64,000 bases of DNA from an uncultured delta proteobacterium. Its GTDB lineage: Bacteria > Myxococcota_A > Polyangia > Polyangiales > B10-G4. The stretch lies in the NCBI GenBank assembly GCA_963727445.1, contig CAVSGI010000016.1, positions 1-64,000 on the forward strand, in the 5' to 3' direction. Shown one piece after another: positions 22,499 through 33,883 of this stretch (positions are counted from its first letter, which is position 1; the number at the start of each line of letters is the position of its first letter). Position numbers and translations under genes: made by a program. Below the pieces are notes generated by a model. It worked only from the letters and a program-made list of their open reading frames with translations, searched no databases and was not told the origin of the DNA.

Positions 22499-23494
22499 TC
22501 AGGGAGCGAAGCCGTCGAGCTCGTCCGCTTTCTCGGCGTACCAACGCGTGACCTGGCGCACCCCCTCCACGACCCCCATCTTTGGACTGTAGCCGAGCTG
22601 GCGCAGCTTCGTGATGTCAGGACACCTCCGTGGCGTCCCCCCAGCGCGCAGCGGGCCATGCTGGAGCTCCACACGCCGCCCCATGGAGCTGGCGACCAGC
22701 TCGGCGAGATGAGCGATGGAGATCTCCTCGTCGGTGCCGACGTGATACAGCGCCTGGTCTCCTCCCGCGTCCATCACCCGGAGGGCGCCGTCGACGAAAT
22801 CATCGATGTGGCAGAAGGCCCGGGTTTCTTCCCCCGTTCCCTGAATGGGGAACGTCACGACCTCCGTTTCGGGAGTCTCGCGCGTCATCCGGCGCAGGCG
22901 CATGGCGAACTCGGGGAGCACGTGCTCGAACCCCATGTCGGGCCCGTAGACGTTGTGGGGCCGGATGATGGCCGTTCGGAAATTTCCCCGCCCCAGATTC
23001 GCGACCAGGATCTCTCCGATGAGCTTGCTGCCGCCGTAGGAGTAGCGGGGATTGAACGGGTCCGGAATGCACATCTGTACGGACTCGGACGTCGGAACCG
23101 TCGGCGGCGTCTGGTAGACCTCGCTGCTCGAGGTAAAGGTGAAGCTCTCGACCTCGGCACTCTGCGCAGCGACGAGCGCATTGTAGGTGCCGAGCATCCC
23201 GACGGTCAGAACCTGGTCGGGGATCTCGTAGAAGTGCTTCGTGCCGTTGATGGCCGCGAGGTGGCAGACGTGACGGATGCCCTTCGTCGCTTCGCGAACC
23301 GCATCGAGGTCCCGGATGTCCGCCTCGACGAACTCGACCTTTTCGAGGTAGGCGCCGAGCTTGGCGCTGGACCCGCGAAACGAGTTGTCGAGGACGCGGA
23401 CGTCTTCGCCCCTATCGACGAGAGCCTTGACGAGGGCGGAGCCGATGAATCCGGCGCCTCCCGTCACGAGGTACTTGTTAGGCGCCGAGCACAT
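22499..23494 (-). CDS. Extended SDR NAD-dependent epimerase/dehydratase, UDP-uronic acid decarboxylase-like
   Basis: TGGAGFIG, SSSEVY, NPRYSYGGSK, RPHNVYGP, ETRAFCHIDD and RRCPD. Confidence 0.85.
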   Translation of the reverse strand: MCSAPNKYLVTGGAGFIGSALVKALVDRGEDVRVLDNSFRGSSAKLGAYLEKVEFVEADIRDLDAVREATKGIRHVCHLAAINGTKHFYEIPDQVLTVGMLGTYNALVAAQSAEVESFTFTSSSEVYQTPPTVPTSESVQMCIPDPFNPRYSYGGSKLIGEILVANLGRGNFRTAIIRPHNVYGPDMGFEHVLPEFAMRLRRMTRETPETEVVTFPIQGTGEETRAFCHIDDFVDGALRVMDAGGDQALYHVGTDEEISIAHLAELVASSMGRRVELQHGPLRAGGTPRRCPDITKLRQLGYSPKMGVVEGVRQVTRWYAEKADELDGFAP

Positions 23495-24807
23495 AGCGCG
23501 TCACTCCTTCCTTCAGCTCGCCACCCTTGGGGAGGACGTTCCAACAATCACAGATCAAACCGGGCGAGCTCATGAGCTGTGAGCGCTCCTCGATGTCGAG
23601 TTGTTCGTATCGAGCGTTGTTGTTCATGATGACGACCAAGGAGGCGCCTTCGAACGCGCCTCGGTCGTCGACGGGGACGAGACCCAGCTGCTTTGTGTCC
23701 TCGGCGGATACGACATGATCCTGGCCACGGAGGGTCGCGTCGGGAAACTCCCGCCGCAGCGCATCGATCATGTCGAGTGACGGAGAGTTGCGGGTGTCAT
23801 CGGTATCCGGGCGCCCCTTGAAAGCCAGGCCCATCACCGTGATCGAGGTGGGTGTGCTCTTCGCGGTCGCGAAATGCCGCTTGGCGACCCCGAGAACGTG
23901 TGGGACCAGGCTTTCGTTGACCTCACGAGCCGCCGCGATCAGACGAATCCGGTAGTCCACATCCGTCATGGAGTCCATGAGGATGTGAGGATCCTTGTGG
24001 AGACAGGGGCCTCCCACGAACCCCGGTCGAGCGATGTTGGTCCTCGCATAGCCAGTGTTCGCGGCCGCGATGACTTCGTGGGCGTCGAGGCCCAGTCGCT
24101 CGGCCATCAGCGCGACCTCGTTGCCAAAGGAGAAGAAGACGTCGCGGAACGAGTTGTCGAGCAACTTGATGATCTCAGCCGTCTCCAGGGAAGAGACCTC
24201 GATGACCGTCGGAGTCAGCGCGCGAAAGAGCTTCATCGCCCGCTCCCCCGCTTCGGGCGTGTGGCCGCCCACGACCTGCGGGAGCTCGTAGAGCTCGGTG
24301 AGGGCGCAGCCCTCGGTGGTTCTCTCCGGACAGAAGGCGAGGTCGTACTGGGTGACCGCTGGCGTCCAGGATGGGCTTCACGACGTTCTTGGAGGTACCG
24401 AGCCGCAGCGTGGATCGGAGCACGACCAGCGCGCCGTCTTTCATGTGTCCAGCGATGTCACGAGAGACGTTCTCCACCATCTCCATGCGCGGGCGACCTT
24501 CGCCGTCGAGGGGCGTCCCGACCGTGACTACGTAGACGTCGTACTGCGCCTCGGTCGGTATCGTGCGCGAGAAGCGCAGCTTCCCGGTGCTGAGACCTCG
24601 GCGCAGCAGCAGCTCGAGGTTCCGTTCGTAGAAGTGGGCTTTCCCCTTCTCGAGGTCCTCGAGGACGTCTTCTCGAATTTCGATGCCGGCGACCTCGAAG
24701 CCGCGGTCTGCCATCACCGCGGCCAGGGTCAGGCCGACGTAGCCCATTCCCATGATGCAGATGCGCCGGTCGGCACCGACAGGACGTGAGAATTGCGACA
24801 TGTTCAT
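23478..24807 (-). CDS. UDP-sugar 6-dehydrogenase (WecC/WbpA family); one frameshift
   Basis: [44 protein letters not shown] and [14 protein letters not shown]. Confidence 0.9.
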
Positions 24808-25793
24808 TGCTCCGGGTGTCGGTCCTGGGCCACGGCGGATACGTGTTTGCGTCCGCGCCCTTCGAGGAAGCCTGCATAGGTGCGCGCGATCCCGTCGCGG
24901 AAGCTGGTGCGAGGGCGCCACCCCAGGTCGGTCAGTCGAGAGACGTCCAGGAGCTTTCGCGGCGTGCCGTCTGGCATCGATGCGTCCCACTCGATGGAGC
25001 CCTCGTATCCGACGACGTCGGCCACCAACGTGGCGAGCTCCTTGATCGTGATGTCTTGTCCCGTGCCGACGTTCACGAAGTGCGGGCCTTCGTTCGGTGG
25101 CTCGAAGTGGTCCATCAAGTGGAGGCATGCCGCCGCGAGGTCGTCGACGTAGAGAAACTCGCGACGTGGCGTACCCGAACCCCAGAGAGTGACTTTCCCG
25201 TTCTGCGTCTTTGCGTCGTGGAACTTCCGCACCATGCCGGGCAGGACGTGGCTCGACTCCGGATCGAAATTGTCGCCCGGGCCGTAGAGGTTCGTGGGCA
25301 TGGCACCGATGAACCGTGTGCCGTATTGCCGATTGAGGCTCTCACAGAGCTTGAGTCCAGCGATCTTGGCGATGGCATACGGGAGGTTCGTCGGCTCGAG
25401 GGGCCCCGTGAGGAGATGCTCCTCCCGCATGGGCTGCTCGCAGTGCTTGGGGTAGATGCAGGAGCTCCCGAGAAAGAGGAGCTTCTCCACACCAGCTCTG
25501 AAAGCCGCATGAACGACGTTGGTCTGGATCTCCAGGTTCTCGAGGATGAAATCCGCGGGCGCAGAGCGGTTCGCGTGGATTCCGCCGACCTTCGCCGCCG
25601 CGAGAAATACGTAGCGTGGCTTCTCCCGTGCGAAGAAAGCCTCCACGTCGCCTTGGCGGGTGAGGTCGAGCTCCTGGCGGGTGCGCGTGAGCAGATTGAC
25701 GAAACCGCTGGCCCTCAGGTGCGACTCGATCGCGGAGCCCACCAGCCCGTGATGGCCGGCAACGAAGGTCACTCCTTCCCTGTCGATTGTCAT
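24804..25793 (-). CDS. fcl: GDP-L-fucose synthase
   Basis: [70 protein letters not shown] and PDGTPRK. Confidence 0.95.
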   Translation of the reverse strand: MTIDREGVTFVAGHHGLVGSAIESHLRASGFVNLLTRTRQELDLTRQGDVEAFFAREKPRYVFLAAAKVGGIHANRSAPADFILENLEIQTNVVHAAFRAGVEKLLFLGSSCIYPKHCEQPMREEHLLTGPLEPTNLPYAIAKIAGLKLCESLNRQYGTRFIGAMPTNLYGPGDNFDPESSHVLPGMVRKFHDAKTQNGKVTLWGSGTPRREFLYVDDLAAACLHLMDHFEPPNEGPHFVNVGTGQDITIKELATLVADVVGYEGSIEWDASMPDGTPRKLLDVSRLTDLGWRPRTSFRDGIARTYAGFLEGRGRKHVSAVAQDRHPEQ

Positions 25794-26440
25794 TGCATTT
25801 GCCTTTCAGTCACGCCCTCGGCCGTCGTGCCTTCGAAGATGGGCATGGTCGCTTCTCCTGCTGCGGATATTCCGTCTCGGGCGAGCACCTTGAGACCTGT
25901 CATCGCGAGGATCTTCAAGTCGAGTCCCAGGCTCCAGTGGTCCACGTACCACACGTCGTGCGCGAACTTCTCGTCCCAGCTCAGTCGATTTCGCCCATGC
26001 ACCTGCGCCCATCCGGTGATTCCCGGCGGAACGTCGTGGCGCCGCATCTGCTCCGTCGAGTAGCGCTCCAGGTACTCCATGAGAAGGGGTCTCGGGCCCA
26101 CCAGCGACATGTCGCCACGCAGCACGTTGATGAAGGTGGGCAGCTCGTCGAGGCTCGTGGACCGAAGGAACCGGCCGAGAAGCGTGAGCCGATTGGCGTC
26201 CGAGGCGGGACCCCGTTTCCCGGGGGACTCGGGCTTCATCGTCCGAAACTTCATCAAGACGAAAGGACGCCCGCCCAGACCGGGTCGCTCCTGCCGGAAC
26301 AGCACGGGTGAGCCGAGACCGACTCTCACCAGGCCACCGATCCCCACGAGCAAGGGTGCCCCGAATGTGAGTACGGCCGCCGACGCCGCGACGTCGAGTG
26401 TTCGCTTGATGCGACGTTCGAGGGTGCGGTCGTGACGCAT
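25790..26440 (-). CDS. Monotopic phosphoglycosyl transferase (PglC-like initiating sugar transferase)
   Basis: KRTLD, a single hydrophobic segment, [28 protein letters not shown] and [13 protein letters not shown]. Confidence 0.92.
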   Translation of the reverse strand: MRHDRTLERRIKRTLDVAASAAVLTFGAPLLVGIGGLVRVGLGSPVLFRQERPGLGGRPFVLMKFRTMKPESPGKRGPASDANRLTLLGRFLRSTSLDELPTFINVLRGDMSLVGPRPLLMEYLERYSTEQMRRHDVPPGITGWAQVHGRNRLSWDEKFAHDVWYVDHWSLGLDLKILAMTGLKVLARDGISAAGEATMPIFEGTTAEGVTERQMQ

Positions 26441-26442
26441 CG

Positions 26443-27589
26443 TCAGGAGGCTCCCGCGCAGCAAGAGCGCACGACCCGGATCACCCGGCTCATGTCTTCA
26501 TCCGTCATCGCCGAGCCGGAGGGAAGACACAGGCCACGCTCGAAGAGCATCTCGGCGGTCTGGCCGCCATGGCGCCAGCTGTCGGCGAATACCGGCTGCA
26601 TGTGCAGGGGCTTCCACACGGGCCGGGCCTCGATGTTGTCCGCCGCGAGCGCCTCCCGAATATCGTCACGCGAGGCGCCAAAAGCCTCGGGATCGATCGT
26701 GACGCACGTGAGCCAGAACGTGCATCGGCCGTACTCCGCTTCTTCCATGAAGCTCAGTCCCGAGAGACCTCCCAGCGCATCTCTGTAGTGACGGTTGATC
26801 CGTCGGCGCGCCTTGACGCGATCCTCGAGGGAGGCGAGTTGCGCCCGTCCTACTCCGGCCAGGAGATTGCTGAGCCGATAGTTGAATCCGATCTTCGAGT
26901 GTTGATAGTGAGGCGCCGGATCGCGCGCCTGGGTCGCGAGATGACGCGCGGCTTCGATCGCCTCGGTATCATCCGAGAGCAGCATGCCGCCGCCAGAGGT
27001 CGTGATGATCTTGTTTCCGTTGAAGGAAAGGATGGCAAAGTCGCCGAAGGATCCCGCTGGCGCCCCGCGGTACGTGGCGCCCAACGACTTCGGCGGCGTC
27101 CTCGATGACGACCACGCCGTGCTCGCGAAAGAGAGGCAGCAGGCGGTCGTAGTCGGCGCACTGTCCGTAGATGTCGACCACGATCGCAGCTTTGGGGAGC
27201 GAGCCCGCGCGCGCAGCATCGGCGAGCGCCTCTGCGATGATGGCCGGGCTCATGTTCCAGCTGCCTGAGTCGCTGTCGATGAATACCGGCCGCGCCCCCG
27301 TGTACGCCACGGCGTTCGCAGAAGCGGCGAAGGTGAGAGTCGAGACCCACACGTCATCGCCTCGCCCCACGCCGGCGACGGTGAGCGCCAGATGAAGCGC
27401 CGCCGTGCCACTGGACAACGCCAGCCCCGCAGATCGGCCGATCGACGCACACACCTCCGCCTCGAACGCGTCGACGTGGGGGCCGAGAGGCGCGATCCAG
27501 TTCGAATCCAGGGCCTCCTGGAGCATGGAGAGCTCGCCGCCTGTCAGGTGAGGCGGCGACAAGTAGATGCGCGGATTGTCCGGGTCCAA
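26443..27589 (-). CDS. DegT/DnrJ/PglE family PLP aminotransferase; one frameshift
   Basis: IYLSPPH, SNWIAPLGPHV, SSGTAALHLAL, IEDAAE, SFNGNKIITTSGGG, GFNYRLSN and GLCLPSGS. Confidence 0.92.
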
Positions 27590-27597
27590 GGTTCGGC

Positions 27598-28926
27598 CTA
27601 CGCCCGGACGATGTGGGCTCCGCCGTCTCGGTACACCCCTCGCGTATCCACGATGAGCTTCGCATGCGTCTTCACGACGTCGTAGTCGACGGTCGAATGA
27701 TCCGTGACCACGATCACCGCGTCCTGCGAAGCCAGAGTGGCGGCATCGAGCGGGGTGGATTGCATCGGCGGAAGGTTGGGCCAGGTCCGCATGCTCGGCG
27801 CCGTCGGAATGTGGGGGTCGTGGTAGCTGACGAGGGCGCCGAGATGCAGGAGATGGTCGATCAGCTCGAAGGCGGGGCTTTCGCGAGGATCGTCGACATC
27901 CTTCTTGTAGGCGAGGCCGAGGACGAGGACTTTGGCGTTCTTGACCGATCGCTCCCGCTCGTTCAGTGCCTTGGTCAGCTTCTCGACCACGTAGCTGGGC
28001 ATGCGAACGTTCACCTCGCCGGCCAGCTCGATGAAACGGGTCGACAGTCCGAACTCCCGCGCCTTCCATGAGAGATAGAACGGGTCGACCGGGATGCAAT
28101 GCCCGCCCCAACCGGGGCCGGGGTTGAAGCGCATGAAGCCGAAGGGCTTCGTTTCCGCGGCGTCGAGCACCTCCCAGATGTCGATGCCCATGGCGTCGAA
28201 GACGATCTTGAGCTCGTTCACCAACGCGATGTTGACTGAACGGAAGATATTCTCCGTGAGCTTCACCGCCTCGGCGGTCTGGCTGCTGCTCACGGTCACC
28301 GCCTTGTTGATGGCCGCCCGGTAGAGGGCACCCGCGATTTCGGTCGACGCTTCGTCGGTCCCACCGACGACCTTCGGTATCGTGGCGGTGTCGAAGCTCC
28401 GGTTCCCGGGGTCTTCTCGCTCCGGTGAGTAGGCGAGAAAGAAATCCTGCCCGGCGCGAAGGCCGCCGCGTTCCAGCAGGGGACGCACGACCTCCTCGGT
28501 GGTTCCAGGCCACGTAGTCGACTCCATCACCACGATCTGGCCGGGTCGAAGGTGAGGAGCCAACTGGCGGGCGGTGCTTTCCAGGTAGCTCAGGTCCGGC
28601 TCACGCTGCGGGGTCAACGGCGTCGGCACCGCGATCAGGATTGCGTCCGGCTCACCGAGGCGGCTCATGTCCGAGGTCGCAGCGAAGCGGTCCGACGTGA
28701 CCATGGTTTCCAAGGCCCCGGCGTTGGTGTGCTGCAAATACATCTCGCCGCGGTCCAGGGCCTCCACCTTCTTGTGGTCCACGTCGAACCCGAGAATGGA
28801 GAATTCCCGCTCGAAGAAGCTGAGGGCGAGGGGGAGGCCAACGTAGCCGAGTCCTACGATGCCTATTTGCGCCCTTCGCGCGGCGATGGCGTCCAGGAGC
28901 TGTTGCTTGTGGTCGGAGGGTGTCAT
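27598..28926 (-). CDS. UDP-N-acetylhexosamine 6-dehydrogenase (WbpA/WbpO-like)
   Basis: GLGYVGLPLA, AVPTP, ESTTWPGTTE, SPEREDPGN, NIALVNELK, GPGWGGHCIPVDP and AYKKDVDDPRESP. Confidence 0.92.
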   Translation of the reverse strand: MTPSDHKQQLLDAIAARRAQIGIVGLGYVGLPLALSFFEREFSILGFDVDHKKVEALDRGEMYLQHTNAGALETMVTSDRFAATSDMSRLGEPDAILIAVPTPLTPQREPDLSYLESTARQLAPHLRPGQIVVMESTTWPGTTEEVVRPLLERGGLRAGQDFFLAYSPEREDPGNRSFDTATIPKVVGGTDEASTEIAGALYRAAINKAVTVSSSQTAEAVKLTENIFRSVNIALVNELKIVFDAMGIDIWEVLDAAETKPFGFMRFNPGPGWGGHCIPVDPFYLSWKAREFGLSTRFIELAGEVNVRMPSYVVEKLTKALNERERSVKNAKVLVLGLAYKKDVDDPRESPAFELIDHLLHLGALVSYHDPHIPTAPSMRTWPNLPPMQSTPLDAATLASQDAVIVVTDHSTVDYDVVKTHAKLIVDTRGVYRDGGAHIVRA

Positions 28927-28947
28927 CTGTCCTAGGGGGCGTCTGGC

Positions 28948-31224
28948 TCAGTGCTTGGCCACGGACGCCTGTGATGGGGAGTTGGGTGTCGATCCGGGAC
29001 CACCGGCGTGACCGTCGTCGGACCCGTAGTAGTAGTAGTAGTAGCTGCCCCCGCGGTACGAACGTTCCGACACGTCCACACCGTTGAGCACGCCGCCCAC
29101 GATGTTGGCGCCGACGTCCTTCAGTTGTCGCAGCGCCGAACGAAGGGCGTCCCGGGTCGTGGACCGCGCACGGCTCACGATGACCCCGCCGTCGACCTGG
29201 GGCGCGATGATCGCGGCATCGGTGACGGCGGACACCGGGGGGCTGTCGAAGATGACCAGGTCGAAGCGCGAGCTCAGGTCTTCGACCAGCTTCGCAAACT
29301 TGGCACCATGAAGGAGCTCCGCTGGGTTGGGCGGGAATCGGACCAGCGACCAGTGCGCTCAAGCCCGGGACTTCGGTGGGTTGGACGGCTTCGTCGATCT
29401 CGGTTTCGCCGACCAGAATCGACGTCACTCCCACGTTGGCGGGAATCCCGAGCGCCTTGTGGACGCGGGGCCGTCGCAGGTCGGTGTCGACGATGAGGAC
29501 CCGCTTGCCACTCTGCGCCACCGAAATGGCCAGACTCACCGCGACCGTCGTCTTGCCATCTTGAGGGCCAGGGCTCGTCACGACCAGGTTTCGAAGCGGA
29601 CGCTCGGCGCCCATGAACATGATGTTGGTACGGATCGCCCTACAACTCTCGGCCACCGCGGACTGGGGCTGGTCGTGGACGATCAGATCGGGCCGAGTCG
29701 GAGTTGGAAGGTCGGTGGTCGGGCCTCGGCGTTTGCGTCGATCCCGCCTATCGCGCGGGTGCGCACCCGCCGTCTGATCGATCTTCGGCAGAACACCGAG
29801 AATGGTGATGCCAAGCGCCTCGGCGTCCTCTGCACTCCGCAGTGTACGGTCCATGCGCGTACGAATGAAGGCCGCGAATAGGCCGAGCAGAGAGCCGGCT
29901 GCGAGACCCAGAGCATGTTGACGCTCAGCCGCGGCGCCACTGGCACCCTCGGCGTGAGCGCGCGATCCACCAGACGAGCATTCGACACACGAACCAGCTT
30001 GGTCAGATTCGTCTCGGCGGTGCGCTCTAGAATCATCTTGTAGAGATTCTCGTTGTTCTCGCGCTCGCGATTGAGACGGGTGTACTCGATCTCTCGAAGA
30101 TTGAGGTCCAGGCCCTGCTCATGGAGTCTCGTCGAGAGACGCGCGAAACCCTGCCTCTTCCGCCCGAACCTCTTGCAGATCTGCTTCCACGCGGGCGATC
30201 AGCCCCTCGATCGTTCGACGCATCTCGTCGGGTGATGCTCTCGAGCTCCTGATCGATGGCCTGCATGGTTGGGTGATTCGGGCCGTAACGCTCGGCGTAC
30301 GAATCTCTTTCAGCCACCTTCTGTCGATAGCGCGTCCGAAGCTCCATCACCGCGGGATCGGTTGCGATGATGCTCGCCTCGATCTCCATGGGGTCGTCCC
30401 GCATGGCGGCCTGGAGCTGAGCGAGTCGCGCAGACAATTCGATCCGCCGCGTCTGGGCCTGTGTGAGGGACTCGTTCATCTGTTGGATCGTGCTGGCGAT
30501 CATGTTCTGACGGTCGGCCAGCGAGAGAGAGAGAACGTTGTGGCTCTCTTTGAACTCGTGAAGCGCTTCCTCCGAAGTCCGCAGCTCCCCCCGTAGGGTG
30601 TCCAGCTGCTCGTTCAGCCAGTCCAGCGCGTCGACCGTCGTCCCCAGCCGATCTTCCATCGTCTTTTCGATGTAGTTGTCCGCCAGGGTGTTCGAGATGA
30701 GCTGGGCCCGCTCGGGATCGTGGTCGCGGAAGCGGATCTCGACGATGCGACTGTCTTCCTCCGGCTTGATGCTCAGGTTCGATTGGAGTCGTGCCGCCGC
30801 CACCTCGGGCGCGACCCCTTCGAAGTCGCCTCGCTCGACCTCGGGCACGCCCATGAAGTCGGCGCTGTTCTGCAAGCCCAGCTCACGGACCACACGCTCG
30901 GCGAGGTTTCGACTCTCGAGGATACGGTTCTGGGTCTCGAAATACTCTTTCGTCGCCCAGAAGCTGCCGATGGGGTCCGCGACGTCCTGGATTTGTCCGC
31001 GCAGTGGGCGGGCAGGGTTTGGGTCGTATTCGATCGTCACAGACCGCTTCGTAGATCTTCGGTTGCTCCAGGGTCCAGAAGGTCGTGGCGACGACCACCG
31101 CGGCCGCAACTCCCCCAATGAGCCACTTCTGCTCCAGGAAGAACGCGAACACCACTCTCGGGTCGAGTGGCAGCCCGCTTTCGTCCATCAACTGGACGTC
31201 ATTCCCCTCGGTTTCGCCTCTCAT
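28948..31224 (-). CDS. wzc: Polysaccharide co-polymerase/BY-kinase (Wzc); frameshifted
   Basis: N-terminal TM, periplasmic coiled coils (YGPNHP), second TM, AESCRAIRTN, Walker A SPGPQDGKTT, VDTDLRRP, FDSPP and a C-terminal Tyr cluster GGSYYYYYYG. Confidence 0.9.
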
Positions 31225-31342
31225 CGACGCCGTCTCGGCCAAAGGTGCCGGAACATGAAGGAAAGGGGGGAGGCGGTCAAATCGACGCCCGGTCTACGTG
31301 AGAACCTCACCTCAACGGGGTTGTGCGGGGAGCCACGGACAT

Positions 31343-33871
31343 TCAATTCCGCTCGAGAAGCCGCTGCTTTTCCCTGCAATAGTGGGTGTTGGCTGGATCG
31401 AGTGCACAGAGCTCGGAGTAGGCCTGGAAAGCCCGCACCGAGTTTCCCGTTCGTTCGGCCAACCGGGCGATCCTCTCCAAGACGTCTGGCTTTGGAGAGA
31501 CATCGTTTGCTTCCTCCAAAGCGTGCAGGGCCCGAAAGTGGTTGCGCGCACTTTCCTCCAGCGAGGCCTGAAGCAACAACGCCTGCGCGATGTAGTGGGG
31601 TGATCCGTCCGAGAGCTGGCGCAGCCGGGTGATGGTCGCGCGCATCCCTTCGAGGTCGTGAGCTCTCGTCTCGGCCCTGGCGCGCACGGCGAGGAGCGCT
31701 CGGCGCTCGCCCCGCGTCAGCGGCATCTCTTCTGCTTCCTCTGTGGCCGCGATGGCGGCTTCCGGGTCTCCCGCGCTGATGAGCAACTCCGCCATCCGGC
31801 GGCGGACCATGGGGTCCTCGGGGTGCTCCCTCACCAGGGCCCGCATCGCGGAGATGGCCCCCTCGCCGTCACCCTCGCTCAGCGCCCGCGCGGCCGCCCG
31901 AATCCGAGGTTGGAGAAGCTCCGGATGCTCCCGAATCAGCACCCGGTCGATCGCGGCTGTCGCCTCGTCGACCTCTTCGAGGCACTCACCCGCATCGAGG
32001 AGGAAGGATTGGCGATTGTCGCCCCGGGGCGCCGCGCGCAACACCGAGTCCGCGCTCATCCCTCGCTGCATCAGCTCGCATACGATGGGCTCCGTGCTCG
32101 CGGGGTCGAGGGATGCCGCGGCGCGGATCTCGAGGAGCGCCTGATCTCCGCGATGATGATCGAGCAGCCAGTACGCGGTTTCGACGTGAGGCGCAGCCCA
32201 TCCCGGCGCCAGCTCCATGGCTCGGTTGAGCCATTTGAGCGCCTCGGGGCTGTCGCGAACGCGAGCCTCGTTTCCGGCCAGCAGAGGGAAGGCGGGCTCG
32301 GTCGGATGCAGCCGCACGGCTTCTTTCAGAAGGGAGGCGAACTCGGAGGAGTGGGAACGGGAGAGATGCACCAGGCGGTCTTGGAGCGACTGAGTGGAGA
32401 GGTGGGCGACGAATGCGCCCGGGTAGATGGCGAGGAGCACACACACAGCGCAGGCCATGCCGGTGACCCGCGGAACGGAAAACCGCCGGCTTTCGACCTG
32501 TTCATCTTCATTCGGATCAGGAGCGGTCAGCGCACCGAAAGCGGCCGCCGGCACGATCGCCACTCCGACCATTTCGAAGCTGAAGTCGACGAGGTTGTGC
32601 ACCGTGAGTGCGAGTAGAGCCACCGCCACACCCAGGTCGAGCGCGCGCGTCGAGCGGAATGCCCGAAGCAGCGCGCGGCCCAAGAGCGCGATGAGGGCGA
32701 GGGCGACGACCAGACCCCAATCCGCCACCCACTGGGCGACGAAGTCCTCGGCGTGAGTGTAGCGTCCGAGTGTTCCCGCCTGGCTCACGAAGACGCTCGA
32801 GAGCGCGCCACGCCCGTAGCCCACCAGAGGTGCGTTGGCGGCGAAGGCCATCGCCTTGCCGACCAGGTCCAATTTGCTCGTGTCCTCGCGGCCAAGCTGT
32901 CCGAGGATCTGTGTGCCTGCCGCATAGCCACCCAAAGCGGCGCCGAACGCGAGCACGACGCCCAGCCCCAGCACGCTTCGAGCCACCCCGAGCTGTCCGC
33001 CCCGGCGCTTCCTTCGTTGGTAGAGGGCGATGGGGAGCAGGACGATGGCGCCGAGGAGCACGGCAATCGCACCTCGGGACAGGGACATGAGGGTCAAGCT
33101 CGCGACGAACGCTGCCGACACCCACCACCAAAGCCGCCTCCCACGGTCACGTTTGGAATCGAGGCCGATGACAAAGAGGATGGGCACCCCGAATGCCAGG
33201 AAGCCGCCGAGGTGATTGTCGTTGAGCAGCGGGGCGAGCAGGGCGGGGCGTGCAAACCGAGGCGAATACGTGCCGTAGACCTTCTCCATGCCCAGCACGA
33301 GGTGTAGGAACGTCACGCACGCAAGCACGAGGACGGCGACTGCACACGCCAGGTACACCTCTCTGCGTCTTCCGGCCGTCGCTGCCAACCACCCCGCCAA
33401 CCACGCGGCGAGGATTGCGGCCCCGATGACCAGATAGGTTCGCGAGGCACCAGGGTCGAGACTGATGGTGCAGACCGCGGGCTCGTCGAGGAGCGAAGCC
33501 GCGGCGTCCGCAGCCTCCGCCGCTCGGGGGGAAATCGCCCGCACGAGCCTGCAGGGCAGTGGGGTGGATTGGATGAGGGTCCAAGCCAGCGGGCCGAAGA
33601 AGGCCAGGAAGAGCACGCCCACCTCGGCGTGATTGTCTCGGGCGAATGCCAGCGCACAGAGAAGGAGCGCGGAGACGGCGAGCGCCGCGACCACGCTCAC
33701 CGACCAGGGAAAGGCGCCACCGAAGAGGAGCGGCCCGGCGGTCAGCGCAATCCCGAGGGCGACGATCGCGACTTCCGGGGGCACCTCGATTCGCTCGATG
33801 AGGCGGGGGACGTGCCGCTGCGGGGAGCGCCTTCGCCGTCGTCGCCGGCGCCTCGGTTCCTCACCATTCAC
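31343..33871 (-). CDS. O-antigen ligase-like membrane protein with C-terminal TPR-like repeats
   Basis: About 12 TM segments with NDNHLGGFL, SLSRGA, THAED..QWVADWG and HNLVDF, followed by a helical repeat region. Intact 842-aa ORF. Confidence 0.75.
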   Translation of the reverse strand: MNGEEPRRRRRRRRRSPQRHVPRLIERIEVPPEVAIVALGIALTAGPLLFGGAFPWSVSVVAALAVSALLLCALAFARDNHAEVGVLFLAFFGPLAWTLIQSTPLPCRLVRAISPRAAEAADAAASLLDEPAVCTISLDPGASRTYLVIGAAILAAWLAGWLAATAGRRREVYLACAVAVLVLACVTFLHLVLGMEKVYGTYSPRFARPALLAPLLNDNHLGGFLAFGVPILFVIGLDSKRDRGRRLWWWVSAAFVASLTLMSLSRGAIAVLLGAIVLLPIALYQRRKRRGGQLGVARSVLGLGVVLAFGAALGGYAAGTQILGQLGREDTSKLDLVGKAMAFAANAPLVGYGRGALSSVFVSQAGTLGRYTHAEDFVAQWVADWGLVVALALIALLGRALLRAFRSTRALDLGVAVALLALTVHNLVDFSFEMVGVAIVPAAAFGALTAPDPNEDEQVESRRFSVPRVTGMACAVCVLLAIYPGAFVAHLSTQSLQDRLVHLSRSHSSEFASLLKEAVRLHPTEPAFPLLAGNEARVRDSPEALKWLNRAMELAPGWAAPHVETAYWLLDHHRGDQALLEIRAAASLDPASTEPIVCELMQRGMSADSVLRAAPRGDNRQSFLLDAGECLEEVDEATAAIDRVLIREHPELLQPRIRAAARALSEGDGEGAISAMRALVREHPEDPMVRRRMAELLISAGDPEAAIAATEEAEEMPLTRGERRALLAVRARAETRAHDLEGMRATITRLRQLSDGSPHYIAQALLLQASLEESARNHFRALHALEEANDVSPKPDVLERIARLAERTGNSVRAFQAYSELCALDPANTHYCREKQRLLERN

Positions 33872-33883
33872 GCGAGCTGTTCG

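Noticed and set aside
29026..29043. (GTA)6 simple repeat as a phase-variation tract
   Set aside because: It is an in-frame trinucleotide repeat encoding the normal Wzc tyrosine cluster.
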